Source of the DNA: Mobula hypostoma
Taxonomy: Eukaryota
Reading direction: 5' to 3'
DNA: 64,000 nucleotides
Assembly: GCF_963921235.1 (NCBI RefSeq)
Contig: NC_086101.1
Location: forward strand, 11,162,001 to 11,226,000
A program made the position numbers and the translations under genes. The notes below the pieces were generated by a model. It did not search any database. It was not told the origin of the DNA and was given only the letters and a program-made list of their open reading frames with translations. The stretch's first letter is position 1. Each line of letters starts with the position of its first letter. This document shows, one piece after another, positions 1 through 13,900 of the stretch.

Positions 1-2170
1 CACACCTGCAAGTTCCAGATTTATAGCCTCATAATTTTCCCTTCCCCAATTAAAAATTTTCCTGTCCTCTCTGATTCTATCCTTTTCCATGATAATGCTA
101 AAGGCCAGGGAGCGGTGGTCACTGTCCCCCAGATGCTCACCCACTGAGAGATCTGTGACCTGACCCGGTTCATTACCTAATACTAGATCTAGTATGGCAT
201 TCCCCCTAGTCAGCCTGTCCACATACTGTGACAGGAATCCATCCTGGACACACTTAACAAACTCTGCGCCATCTAAACCCTTGGAACTAATCAGGTGCCA
301 ATCAATATTAGGGAAGTTAAAGTCACCCGTGAAAACAACCCTGTTATTTTTGCACCTTTCCAAAATCTGCCTCCCAATCTGCTCCTCGGTATCTCTGCTG
401 CTACCAGGGGGGCTATAGAATACCCCCAGTAGAGTAACTGCTCCCTTCCTGTTCCTGACTTCTACCAATACTGACTCAAAAGAGGATCCTGCTACATTAC
501 CCACCCTTTCTGTAGCTGTAATAGTATCCTTGACCAGTAATGCCACCCCTCCTCCCCCTTTTCCACCCTCTTTATCCCTTTTGAAGCACTGAAATCCAGG
601 AATATTGAGAGTCCATTGCTGCCCTGGTGCCAGCCAAGTCTCTGTAATGGTCACTACATCATAATTCCATGTATGTATCCAAGCTCTCAGTTCATCACCT
701 TTGTTCCTGATGCTTTTTGCATTGAAGTACATGCACTTTAGCCCTTCCACCTTATGACCTTTACACCCTTTTGTTCTGCTTTTCTTTCCTCAAAGCCTCT
801 TTATATGTTAAACCTGGCTTTACTCCATGCACTATACTTGCAGTTCTCGCATGACCTTTATCCTCCTCCACCTCACTATCTGCTTCCCCTCCCCCTGCAA
901 ATCTAGTTTAAACCCTCCCAGAGCAGCACTAGCAAACCTTCTGCAAGGATGTTAGTCCCCCTGCAGTTCAGGTGCAACCCGTCCCGTCAGAACAGGTCCC
1001 ACCTTCCCAGGAACGAGGCCCAATTGTCCAGAAACATGAAGCCCTCCCTCCTGCACCAACTCCTTAGCCACGTATTTAGCTGAATTATCTTCCTATTTCT
1101 AGCCTCACTAGCACGTGGCACGGGCAGCAATGCTGAGATTGCAACCCTGGAGGTCCTGTCCTTCCACTTTGCACTTAACTCCGTAAATGCTCTTTGCAGG
1201 ACCTCCTCTTTCCTATCCACATCATTGGTCCCAACATGGACCACGACATCTGGCTGCTCTCCCTCCCTCTTGAGAATACTGAGAACTCGATCTGAGATAT
1301 CGCGGACCCTGGCACCAGGGAGGCAACAGACCATCCGGGATTCTCGATCCCTTCCACAGAACCTCTTATCTGTTCCGCTAACTATCAAATCCCCTATCAC
1401 TACTGCTCTCCTCTTTTCCCCCCTTCCCTTCTGAGCTGAGGGTCCAGTCTCAGTGCCAGAGATGCGACCACTGCAACTTGTCCCTGGTAGGTTGTCCCCA
1501 CCAACAGTATCCAAAACGGCACACTTATTACTGATGGGAACGGCCACAGGGGTTCTCTGCTCATTCTGTCTATTCTCCTTCCCTCTCCTGACAGTCACCC
1601 AGCTACCTGCCTCCAGACTTTTAGGGGTGACTACCTCCCTGTAACTCCTGTTTATTTCTGTGTCTGCCTCACAAGTGATCTGAAGTTCATCCAGCTCCAG
1701 CTCCAGTTCCCTAACTCGGTTTGTCAGCAGCTGCAGCTGGATGCACCTTTTACACGTGTAGTTATCAGGGATAATTGTGCTCGCCCTGACTTCCCACATC
1801 CTGCGAACGCAGCATTCGACTGCCCTAACTGCTGCCTCCATTACATACTCTTAAGTTAATTAGAGTAATTAAAGGAACCTACCCAGCCTTACCTCACTGA
1901 GATCAAGCTCGTCCTCAGCCTCTGCTCGCCAAGGCCTCTTGAGCCAAAGCCTTCCTACTCTGTCTCACACTACTCCGTCACCCGCTACTACATCAGCTGC
2001 TCCGTTAATCTGCTCGCTTTTTAAACTCTGCTGCTGTCTCACGGGTTGACTTTCACGCATTTGCACAGAAGTGCCCCGTTCAAACTGCTGAAGAAACAAC
2101 CGCCCCTTCTCAATCTGCTCGCTTTTTAAAACTCTCCCGCTGTCTCACAGGCCGACTTTCATGCTTTCAT
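1..2170 (-). mobile_element. CR1 LINE 5' portion (5'UTR, ORF1, start of ORF2 endonuclease)
   Basis: ORF 987-1841 has a Cys motif, a leucine zipper and an SGNH esterase (VIGDLIV, CLPGARV, VHVGTND). APE endonuclease remnants lie on the - strand at 1-720. Confidence 0.88.
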
Positions 2171-2482
2171 ACACATCTTTTTTTGCCACTCTATCTATTT
2201 GCATTGCCAATATCAGGAAGATTGGACTTTAACCCCAAATTGCTCTGCATATCAATATCAATAACTGTATCCTTTTCACTTACACTTGACCTTCCGAAGT
2301 GCAACACCTCACTTGTTCAGATGAAACTCTATTTGCCATTTGTCTGCTCAGATCGCCAAATGATCTAGTCCTACTGTATCCTTTGACAACTTTCTTCACT
2401 ACTCAAAATTCAACCAATATTTGTGTTGTCTGCAAATTTGCCAACTCACCTATCTACAACTTTGTCTCAGTCATTCATATGT

Positions 2483-3110
2483 TAGATTAGATTAGATTAT
2501 GAGGACACGCAGTCCTCTTTTATTGTCATTTAGAAATGTATGCATTAAGAAATGATACAATATTCCTCCGGTGTGATATCACAGAAACACAGGACAGACC
2601 AAGACTGAAAAACTAACAAAAACCACATAATTATAACATATCGTTACAACAGTGCAACAATACCATAACTTGATAAAGAACAGACCATGGCACAGTAAAA
2701 AAGTTCAAAGTCTCTCGAATGTCCCACATCTCACGCAGACGGGAGAAGGAAGAAAACTCTCCCTGCCATGCCTGACCACAGACCGACTCTGAGTCGTCCG
2801 AAAACTTTGAGCCTCCGACCAGCCCTCCGACACCGAGTACTGAGCACCATCTTGCCGAACGCTTCGACCCCAGCCTCGGTCGCCAGCAGCTGGCAAAGAC
2901 GGAGATTTTGGGGCCTTCCCTCTGGAGATTCTTGATCACACAGTAGCAGCGGCAGTGAACCGAGCATTTCAGAAGTTTCTCCAGATGTTCCTCTGTGCCT
3001 TCTCACGCCTGTCTCCATCAAATCAGAATTGTGCACAGCATCCTACTTACAAATGCGATATCATTTCACCGGAGAGCTGCGTGCACTGCATCGCGCCACC
3101 ATCTTCTCCT
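2483..3110 (-). mobile_element. Non-LTR retroelement 3' end with (TCTAA)n tail
   Basis: ttagattagattagattatgaggacacgcagtcctcttttattg; a near-identical 3' end recurs at about 33975-34098. Confidence 0.55.
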
Positions 3111-4114
3111 CCCTCCTCCTATATATATTGTATATGTACTGTGTGTACAGTTCCCCATGGATCCTGTGCATCTCAGAATGTTCAAAGATCACAACTCTGA
3201 AATTCTTCTTCTCCAGTTAGCCCTGAAACCACGAAAGAAAAGAAAGGCAGCATGATCATCCAACCCCAAATCCCCCCTCCCCACACAAAAAAGTGAACAA
3301 ACACCGAACAAGCAAATCGACCTCCAAATCCCTCCTCCCACACAAAAAAGAACAAAATGGCAACAGGCACATCAACCCCCAAATCCCCCTCCCTGCAAAA
3401 AAAAAATCAGCAAGTTTAGGCAAAAAACATAGAGTACTAAAAAGCTATAGGACTGAAAAAAAAATTCTTGTCCAAGTCCACATCCAAAACTCGGAAGACT
3501 TGGGTAACACTCTCCAGGCAAAGCGACAGGCTTTTCCCTGTCCGGCAGCGAGTGATTGAAAGACAGGCAGCCGGCACTCACCCTCCACATTCACCTCAAT
3601 CTTAATCATCCTGATCAACCCACCATGAGAGGCCGTTCAGTTTCCTTAATGAAGACCATGTAGTCAACATCCACTGCTCCACTGTTATAAATCACCTTCT
3701 TCACCTCCTCAAAAACCTCAATCACATTTGCAAAACATACACTACTCCACACAAAGCCATCCAAATACGAGCAGACCCAGTCCCAGAGAATACTCTCCAA
3801 TAGCCTCTCTATCACTGATATAAAATCCATGGGCTGTCACTCCGAGATTATTTCCTTCTTGAAATATGGAACAACATTCGCTATCTCCAATTCTCCAGGA
3901 CTTCATTTCTGGCCAGCATTCCACCATTAACCCCAGCCTTCTGTGGGCAAGACAGAGAAAAGAGTTTTGTCAAAATGCCAGAAATCCTAGAAAATCCCAG
4001 AAATTTCCTCTCTTGCCTCTCTCAGTTACTGGTTGTGATGAATCAGGAGGGAAAGCCTCATCCTGGGAGTAGATGCGGCAGAGACGGAGGAACTGGGAAT
4101 AGGAAATGGCATTT

Positions 4115-5270
4115 TTGGAAAGCCTTAAAGAGGCTTTCCGTTCCACGACATCTCAAATGTCCTCTTTCTTTAAGGATCGTGGTTTCCCTTCTGCCGTCAT
4201 CAATAATGCCCTCACCCGCATCTCCTCCATTTCCTGCACTCCGGCCCTCACCTCATCCTCCCACCACAACAATAGGGACAGAGTTCTCCTTGTCCTCACC
4301 TACCACCCCACCAGCCTCCGGATCCAGCACATTATCCTCTGAAATTTCCACCACCTTCAACAGGACCCCACCGCTAAGCACATATTTCCCTCTCCACCCC
4401 TCTCCGCTTTCCGCAGGGATCGGTCCTTCCGCGACTCCTTATCCACATGTCCCTCCCCACGGATTTCCCACCCGGCACTTATCCCTGTAAGTGTAAGTGC
4501 TACACCTGTCCCTACACCTCCTCTCTTGCCACCATTCAGGGCCCCAAACAGTCCTTCCAGGTGAGACAACACTTCACTTGTGAGTCTGTTGGGGTCATCT
4601 ATTGCATCCGGTGCTCCTGGTGCGGCCTCCTCTACATCGGTGAAACCTGACGCAGATTGGGAGACCGCTTCGTCGAGCACCTCCATTCCGTCCGCCACAA
4701 CAGACAGGATCTCCCAGTAGCCACCCACTTCAACTCTGCTTCTCACTCCCATTCAGATATGTCCGTACATGGCCTCCTCTACTGCTATGATGAAGCTAAA
4801 CTCAGGTTGGAGGAGCAACACCTCATATACCGTCTAGGTAGTCTCCAGCCCCTTAGTATGAACATTGAATTCTCCAACTTCCGGTAATTCCCTCCCCCTC
4901 CCTACCCCTATCCCTATGTCACTCTGCCCCCTCCCCCAGCTGCCTACCACCTCCCTCATGGTTCCGCGTCCTTCTACTACTCATTGTGTTTTCCCCTATT
5001 CTTTCTTCACCTTTCCTGCCTATCACCTCCCTGCTTCCCCTCCCCCACCCCTTTATCTTTCCCCTTACTCGTTTTTCACCTGGAACCTACCAGCCTTCTC
5101 CTTCCCACCCTCCCCCCACCTTCTTTATAGGGCCTCTGCCACTTCCCTCTACAGTCCTGACGAAGGGTTCCGGCCCGAAAGGTCGACTCATTGTTTCCAC
5201 GGATGCTGCCCGACCTGCTGAGTTCCTCCAGCGTGTTGTGAGTGTTGCTTTGACCCCAGCATCTGTAGAA
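4115..5270 (+). mobile_element. Penelope-like element (RT C-terminus, GIY-YIG endonuclease, pLTR)
   Basis: [29 protein letters not shown]...[20 protein letters not shown] is the GIY-YIG endonuclease of PLEs. Confidence 0.9.
5153..5188 (+). ncRNA. Minimal hammerhead ribozyme motif (degenerate) in Penelope pLTR
   Basis: agtc-CTGACGA-a-gggttccggccc-GAAA-ggtc-gact; core boxes and stems I/II are present, stem III is mutated. Confidence 0.65.
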
Positions 5271-5569
5271 TATTTTGTGCTAAATACAAGGGGACATGGC
5301 TTTAGGGTGAAAGGAGAAAGGTTTAGGGGGAACATTAGGAGGAACTTCTTCACTCAGAGAGTGGTGGGAGTGTGGAACAAGCTGCCATCTGACGTGGTAA
5401 ATGCGGGCTCACTCTTAAGTTTTAAGAATAAATTGGATAGATACATGGATGGGAGAGGTCTGGAGGATTATGGGCAGGGTGCAGGTCAATGGGACTAGCA
5501 GAATAAAGTTTCAGAACATACTAGAAGGGCCAAATGGCCTGTTTTTCTGTGCTGTTGTGTTCTATGGTT

Positions 5570-7140
5570 CTATCACGGGTAAAGCCCTCCCAAAAACTGA
5601 GCGCATCTACGTGAAACACTGTTGTAGAACAGCAGCATCCAGCAACAGAGATCCTCACTGCCCAGCCCAGGCTCTTTCCTCGCTGCTGCCATCAGGTAGA
5701 AGGTACAGGAGCCTCAGGACTCACACCACCAGGTTCAAGAACAGATATGAGCCCTCAACCGTCAGACTCTTGAACAAAACGGATAACGACACTCACTTGC
5801 CCATCCATTGAAATGTTCCCACAATGAATGATCTCCCCTTAAAGATTATTTTTATTTTATGTTCTCAAACTTTATCGCTATTTATATATTTTTGCATTTG
5901 CACAGTTTGCTGTCTTCTGCACTCTATTTGATCTTTCATTGCTCCTGTTACAGCTACTGTTCTGCAGGTTTGCTGAGTATGTCCGAAGGAAAATGAATCT
6001 CAGGGCTTATTTATGTAGTCTGACAACAAAATTTGCTTTGAACTTTGTATAGATCAGAATCAGGTTTATTATCATCAGCATGTTTCGTGAAATTTGTTAA
6101 TTTAACAGCAGCAGTTCAATGCAATATATAAAATAGAAAAAGAGGATAAAAATAATAAATAAATCCATCAATTACAATATACCTATATTGAATAGATGAA
6201 AAATCATGCAAGAAACAGAAATAATATATATTGAAAAAGTGAGCTGGTGTTCACGGGTTCAATGTCCATTTAGGAATTGGATGGCAGAGGGGAAGAAGCT
6301 GTTCCTGAATCACTGAGTGTGTGCCTTCCGGTTTCTGTCAAGTCAAGTCACTTTTATTGTCACTTCAACCGTAACTGCTGGTACAGTACACAGTAAAAAC
6401 GAGACAATGTTTTTCAGGACCATGGTGCTATATGAAACAATACAAAATCGACACTGAACTATGTAAAACAACACAAAGACTACATGAGGCTGCAGACCTA
6501 CCCAGGACTGCATAAAGTGCACAAAACAGTGCAAGCCAGTACAATAAATAATAAACACGACAATAGGCACAGCAGAGGGCAGTAGGTTGGTGTCAGTCCA
6601 GGCTCTGGGTATTTAGGAATCTGATGGGTTCGGGGAAGAAACTGTTACATAGTCTGGTCGTGAGAGCCTGAATGCTTTGGTGCCTTTTGCTAGATGGCAG
6701 GAGGGAGAACAGTTTGTATGAGGGGTGCGAGGGGTCCTTCATAATGCTGTTTGCTTTGCCGGTGCAGCGTGTGGTGTAAATGTCTGTGATGGCAGGAAGA
6801 GAGACCCCGATGATCTTCTCAGCTGACCTCACTATCCGCTGCAGGGTCTTGTGATCCGAGATGGTGCAATTTCCGAACCAGGCAGTGATGCAGCTGCTCA
6901 GGATGCTCTCAATACAACCTCTGTAGAATGTGGTAAGGATGGGGGGTGAGAGATGGACTTCCTATCTGATGGTAACAGTGAGAAAAGGGCATGCTCTGGG
7001 TGCTGGAGGTCCTTAATAATGGACGCTGCCTTTCTGAGACACTGCTTCTTGAAGATGTCCTTCCTGGATTTTTGTAGACTCGTACCCAAGATGCAGCCAA
7101 CTAAATTTACAGCCCTCTGCAACTTCTTACAGTCCTGTCA
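5570..7140. mobile_element. Cluster of Rex1/Babar-type LINE 3' fragments
   Basis: Repeated peptides KDPSHPSYKLFSLLPSSKR..TTRLCNSFFP, DPHCPAQALSSLLPSGRRYRSLRTHTTRFKN and KDLQHPEHALFSLLPS; (GACTT)n tail at about 6340. Confidence 0.75.
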
Positions 7141-7680
7141 GTAACCCCCGCCCCCCCGCCCCCGTTGACCTATTGTGGTGATAGATCCCACAGGCCCTGG
7201 GGATTTATCCACTTCATTTCTCATTGAAAGACCTAAAACCACCTTCTTCATTTCAAATTGTCCTGACCTAGTAGAATTTCCCAGATTGATTTCTCTATCT
7301 TCCTTAATCCAACCCTAAGCAAACAGCTTTTGTCACCCTCTTGCTTATAATAAATGAAAAAAATGCCTTGGTATTTTCTTTAATTCTAATTGCCAGTGGC
7401 ATTTCATGTCCACTTTTAACCCTCCTTATTCCTTGCTTGTGTTCTTTCTGGCTTCCTTTATGTCCCTGAAACTTCCTGTCTGAATTCAGCTTCCAAAGAC
7501 TCAGGTATTTCATCAGGCAGCATCTGTCGAGAGAAAAACAGTTAATGTCTCAAGTTGATGAACTAGGAAAGGCTAGAAGTCAATAAACGTGATCACAAGC
7601 AGCTTTAATAATTGTGCTTCATGAATTTATGTTGCATTTTGCCTGACGACTGTTATTTCTCCATCTGTCATTAACTGCAG

Positions 7681-7959
7681 GTTCCGGGAGTGAACCTCGG
7701 ATTCAGATGAAGGGATACCATGAAGCGGGAATCCAGCTTGTGTGTAAATCCAGTGGATGGAATCCTGAGCCGGAGATCCAGTGGATTGGTGGGGATGGGA
7801 ATGCATTAACAGAGGCTGAGACAAAGTACCACAGAGACTCGGATCTTGTAAATGTCGAGAGCAGTGTTAGAGTAACGAGACAATCATCAGGCAAACTGAA
7901 GTGTATTATCAGGAGTCAACATTTGAAAACAGAACATACAGCAATGATTACAATATCAG
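7681..7959 (+). CDS. BTN-like exon: IgC (B7-family C-type Ig) domain
   Basis: Acceptor ttaactgcag| and donor ATCAG|gtttgt; 279 nt, phase 1-1. Motif [16 protein letters not shown]...LKCII matches the BTN IgC pattern (C-x-S-x-GW-x-P-x-P-x-x-x-W). Confidence 0.92.
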
Positions 7960-10900
7960 GTTTGTAAATTTCAACATTGAAGGGGGAAGGTGAACTAATT
8001 TCTGCTGAAAACCTGAATACCAAAGGATAGTAATGTCTTAGCCAAAATCTTACGCCTGTTGAAGACTGTCACTTGTATTTAAACAAAGTCTACTGTTAGT
8101 GACAGTTTTGCTGTTTGTGCATCTTTTAAATCTGGCACACCATTACAGGCCAATTGAATCCACAACTTGTCCATTTGGGTTGAACATCAACACATATTTT
8201 CAATCCTTTGACACTCAGGTGAAAATTAAGTGGATACAACTTGGAACATTTCCAAAAACATTAGCATTACAAAACATTTCCCAAAGCATTAGCATCTGCT
8301 GCATTGACCTACCTGTGAACTATTGACATTGCTATTGCCCAAGATGTTGCAGGTGTGGGCCAATTGGAAAAAAAGAGATCCAGAAAAATAATCATCCAGA
8401 TTACTACTTGAAACCTCTATAAATTGGCCCAGGGCTAATACGATCAGAGTAGAATTCCTGGCTCAATGATCAGTGTGGGAAAACCCCTCATAATTTTGTA
8501 TCCCTCTGTAAAATCTCCCCTCGATCGTCCACGTTTCAGTGAATAAAGTTCAAAGCAAGTCAACTTAGGCTGCAAAACATCTTATTCAATTTCAAGCTAA
8601 CATTCCACTCGTGTACTGAATACATTGATGTATGAAGGCCAATATGCCAAAAAGTTTTCTTTATGACCCTATCTACTTGAAACACCACTTTCAAAGAATT
8701 ATGGACTGTATTCCCAAATCCCTGTGTTCTACTACACTCCTCAGTGCCCAACCACTCACTGTGTAAGACCAACCCTGGCTGGTTCTACTGAAGTGCAACA
8801 CCTCACACTTGTCTGTGTTAAACTGCATCTGTCATTTTTCATCCCATTTTTCCAGGTCTTCCAGATCTGCTGTAAACTCTGATCATATTCCTCACCGTCC
8901 ACTGACCCCCAATCTTGATGCCATCTCTAAATTTGATGATACAGTTTACCACATTATCATCCAGTTTGTTGCTATGGATGATAAACAACAATGTACCCAA
9001 CACCGATCCCTGCGGCAGACCACTAGACACAGGCCTCCAGTCAGAGAGGCAGCCACCTACAACACTCTCTGACTTCAAACGAGAAATCAAAGTCTCTTGC
9101 AATCTTGAAAGCCAAGTGACTGAAACTTTTTGACTAAACTGCCATGCAGGACCTTCTCAAAGGCCTTGCTGAAGTACATGTAGACAACATCCACTGCCTT
9201 GCCTTCATCAACTTTCTTTGTATTTTGCTCAAAAAATTCTGCAAGATTGGTTAGACAAACTTATCACACACAAAGCCGTATTGGCAATCCCTAATCAGTC
9301 ACTGTCTATCCAAATACTTTCATATCCGGTCCCTTAGAACACTTCCCAAAAACCTCCCCAGTACTGACGTCAGGCTCATATGCCTATAATTTCCTGGCTT
9401 ATTCTTAAACAGCAGAACAACATTAGCTATCCTCCAATCCTCTGGCAGCTCACCCATGGCTAAAGATGTTTAAAAAATCTCTGATAGGACCCCTGCAATT
9501 TCTGCATTAGCCTCCCACAGGGTCTGAGAGAGCATCTTGTCAGGTCCTGTGATTTATCCACCCTAATTTGCTTCAAGACAGCAACACCTTCTCCTCCGTA
9601 ATCTTTATAGGGTCCATTACCCCGTTACTGCACAGCCTCACGTCAATAGATTCTGTCTCTCTCACGAGTAAATACTGATGCAAAAATCCATTTAAGATCT
9701 CCCACATTTCTGTCAGCTCCATGCATGGATACCACTCTGATCTTCCATATGTGGATAAATGACACAAAGGTTGGAGGTGTTGTGGATAGTGTGGAGGGCT
9801 GTCAGAGGCTAGAGCGGGACACTGATAGGATGCAAAACTGGGCTAAGAAGTGGCAGACGAAGTTCAATCCAGATAAGTGTGAGGTGGTTCATTATGGTTG
9901 GTCAAATATTATGACAGTATATAGTATTAATGGTAAGACTCTTGGCAAAGTGGAGGATCAGAGGGATCTTGGGGTCCGAGTCCGTAGGATGTTCAAAGCA
10001 GCTGCGCAGGTTGACTCTGTGGTTAAGAAGGCGTACAGTGTATTGGCCGTCATCAATCGTGGAATTGAATGTAGGAGCCGAGAGGTAATATTGCAGTTAT
10101 ATGTGTCCCTGGTCAGACCCCACTTGGAGTACTGTGCTCACTACAGGAAGGATGTGGAAACCATAGAAAAGGTGCAGAGGAGATTTACAAGGATGTTGCC
10201 TGGATTGGGGAGCATGCCTTATGAAAACAGGTTGAGTGAACTCGGCCTTTTCTCCTTGGAGCGACAGAGGATGAGAGGTGACCTGATAGAGGTGTATAAG
10301 ATGATGAGAGGCATTGATCGTGTGGATAGTAAGAGGCTTTTTCCCAGGGCTGAAATGGCTGCCACAAGAGGACACAGGCTTACGGTGCTGGGGAGTAGGT
10401 ACAGATGAGATGTCAGGGGTAAGTTTTTTACGCAGAAGGTGGTGAGTGCGTGGAATGGGCTGCCAGCAACGGTGGTGGAGGTGGATACGATAGGGTCTTT
10501 TAAGAGACTTTTGGATAGGTACATGGAGCTTAGTAAAATAGAGGGCTATGGGTAAACCTAGTAATTTCTAAGGTAGGGACATGTTCGGCACAAATTTGTG
10601 GGCCGACGGGCCTGCAATGTGCTGTAGGTTTTCTATATTTATATGTCTTTTAGCCCTCCTGATGTTCCTCTTGCACTTCTTAAACTCCTCACCGTGTTTG
10701 TTTCTGCCTGCCTAACCCTGTTATGTACCTCCTTCTTTTTCCTAACTAGGATCTCAATATCTCTCAAAAAGAATGTTCTTTAAACATGCCTCTTATTCTG
10801 ACAGGGACATACAATCTCTGTACTCTCAAAGCTTCCCTTTTGAAGGCCTCTCACTTAACAAGAACACCATTGCCAGCAATATTCTGTCACAATCGGCACT

Positions 10901-13900
10901 TGCCAGATCCTTTTTGATACCACCAAAACTGGCCTTTCTCCGTTTTGGAATATCACCCAAGGACCAGACCTATCCTTTTCCATAATGACTTTGAAACCAA
11001 TGGCATTATGATCACAAGATCCAAAGTGTTCCCCTACAGAAACTTCTGTCACCTGCCCTGACTCATTCCCGAACAGCAGATCAAGTATCACACACTCTCT
11101 CTTTTGGACTTCCACATAATGATTAACGAAACTTTCTTGAGCACATTAAGCAAACTTTTTCCCATCCAGCTGTTTTACAGTATGGGAGTCCCAGTCAATA
11201 TGAGGAAAGTTAAAATCACCCACTATCACAACATTATGTTTCTTGCAGCAGTCTGCAATCTCTCTACAAATGTGCTCCTCTATATTATAGGCTCATAGGG
11301 AAGTATAGCACAGAAGCAGGTCTTGTGACAAATCTAGTTCTTGCTAAAAATACTTAAATTGCCTACTCCCATCGACCTGCACTGAGATGATAGCCCTCCA
11401 TATCCTTACTATCCATGTACCTACATAGAAACATAGAAAACCTACAGCACAATACAGGTCCTTCACAGCCCACAATGCTGTGCTGAACATGTACTTACTT
11501 CAGAAATTACGTAGGGTTACCCATAGCCCTCTATTTTTCTAAGATCCATGTACCTATCTGGGTGTATCTTAAAAGACCCTGTGGTATCCACACCCACTAC
11601 CGTCGCCGGTTGTCTATTCCACGCCCTCACCACCCTCTGCGTAAAAAATTTAACCCTGATATCTCCTCTGTACCTGCTGCCAACAACCTTAAATTTGTGC
11701 CCTCTCACGTTAGCCATTTCAGCCCTGGGAAAAAGCTGCTGACTATCCACACAATCAATGCCTCTCATCATCTTACACACCTCTATCAGGTCACCTCTCA
11801 TCCTCCACTGCTCCTAGAATAATAGGCCAAGTTCACTCAACCTATTCTCAGAGGGCATGCTCCCCAATAGAATAGAATAGAACAGAATAGAATATCTTTA
11901 TTGTCATTGTTGTGGAGCAATGAAACACAGTTTAGCAGCTCAACGTTTTGCAGCATGACAAAGAATATATACATAAAATAAACTCTAAAACCTCAGGAGT
12001 GCAGTCCAAAATTAATAATATATGGATGGGGGTGGGGTAGGACTATTGCACACCTGCCATTCCTGGAAGTGTGATGCATTTAGCTGCCACCGTCTTAGGA
12101 GGGGGGCAGGAGAAGGGAAGGGGGTGTTATACATTTCACTGCTTGTGGGTTGAAGCTGTTAAGGAGTCTCTTTGTTTTTGTCCTTAATGCTCTGTATCTC
12201 TTCCCAGAAGGTAGAGGGGAAAACAGGTGATGTCCAGGATGAGTGGGATCCTTTAAAATACAAGTAGCCTTCTTTTGAAGTCTGCCAGTGCCAATCCAGG
12301 CAACATCCTTGTTAATCTCTTCTGCACCCTTTTTATGGTTTCCACATCCTTCCTGTAGTGAGGTGACCAGAACTGAGCACAGTACTCCAAGTGGGGTCTG
12401 ACCAGGGTCCTATATAGCTGTAACATTACCTCTTGGCTCTTAAACTCAATCCCACGGTTAATGAAGGTCAATGCACCGTATGCCTTCTTAACCACAGAGT
12501 CAACCTGCACTGCAACTTTGAGTGTCCTATGTACTCGGATCCCAAAAACTCTCTGATCCTCCACACTGCCAAAAGTTTTCCCATTAATACTAATTTCTGC
12601 CATCATATGTGACCTTTTAAAATGAACAACCTCACACTTATTGGGTTGAACTCCATCTGCCACTTCTCAGCCCAGTTTTGCATCCTATCAATGTCCCGCT
12701 GTAACCTCTGACAGCCCTCCACACTATCCACAACACCTCCAACCTTTGTGTCATCAGCAAATTTACTAATCATCCCTTCACTTCCTCATCCAGGTCATTT
12801 ATAAAAATCACGAAGAGAAGGGGACCCAGAACAGATTCCTGAGGCACACCACTGGTCACCGACCTCCATACAGAATATGATCCATCTACAACCACTCTTT
12901 GCCTTCTCTGGGCAAGCCAGTTCTGGATCCACAAAGCAATGTCTCCTTGGATCCCATGCCTCCTTACTTTGTCAATAAGCCTTGCATGGGGTACCTTATC
13001 AAATCCCTTACTGAAATCCATATACACTACATCTACTGCTCTACCTTCATCAATGTGTTTAGTCACATCCTCAAAAGGCTCAAGCAGGCTGATAAGGGAT
13101 GACCTGCCTTTGTCAAAGCCATGCTGACTATTCCTAATCATATTATGCCTCACCAAATGTTCATAAATCCTGCCTCTCAGGATCGTCTCCATCAACTTAC
13201 CAACCACTGAAGTAAGACTCACTGGTCTATAATTTCCTAGGCTATCCCTACTCCCTTTCTTGAATAAAGGAACAACATCCGCAACCCTCCAATCCTCCGA
13301 GACCTCTCTTGTCCTCATTGATGATGCAAAGATCATTGCCAGAGGCTCAGCAATCTCAAGTCAAGTCACTTTTATTGTCATTTCGACTTAACTGCTGGTA
13401 CAGTACACAGTAAAAATGAGACAACTTTTTTCAGGACCATGGTGCGACATGAATCTCCTCCCTTGTCTCCCACAGTAGTCTGGGAAATATCTCGTCTGAT
13501 CCCGGTGACTTATCCAACTTGATGCTTTCCAAAAGCTCCATCACATCCTCTTTCTTAATGTTTATATGCTTATGCTTTTCTTTCCACTGTAGGTCATCCC
13601 TACAATCGCCAGGACTTTTCCATAGTGAACACTGAAGCAAAGTATTCATTAAGTACCTCCGCTATCTCCTCCGGTTCCATACACACTTTTCCACTGTCAC
13701 ACTTGATTGGTCCTATTCTCTCACGTCTCATCTTCTTGCTCTTCACATACTTGTGGAATGCCTTGGGGTTTTCCTTAATCCTGCTCACCAAGGCCTTTTC
13801 ATGGCCCTTTCTGGCTCTCCTAATTTCATTGTTAAGTTCCTTCCTGCTAGCTTTATAATTTTCTAGATCTCTATGATTACCTGGTTTTTTGAAACTTTCA

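Noticed and set aside
987..1841. Host GDSL/SGNH lipase gene
   Set aside because: It is CR1 ORF1, directly upstream of the ORF2 endonuclease, with a second copy at 14826-15743.
7960..7967. Secreted isoform by read-through of the IgC donor (..TISGL*)
   Set aside because: An in-frame stop shortly into an intron is expected by chance, and there is no transcript evidence or nearby poly(A) support.
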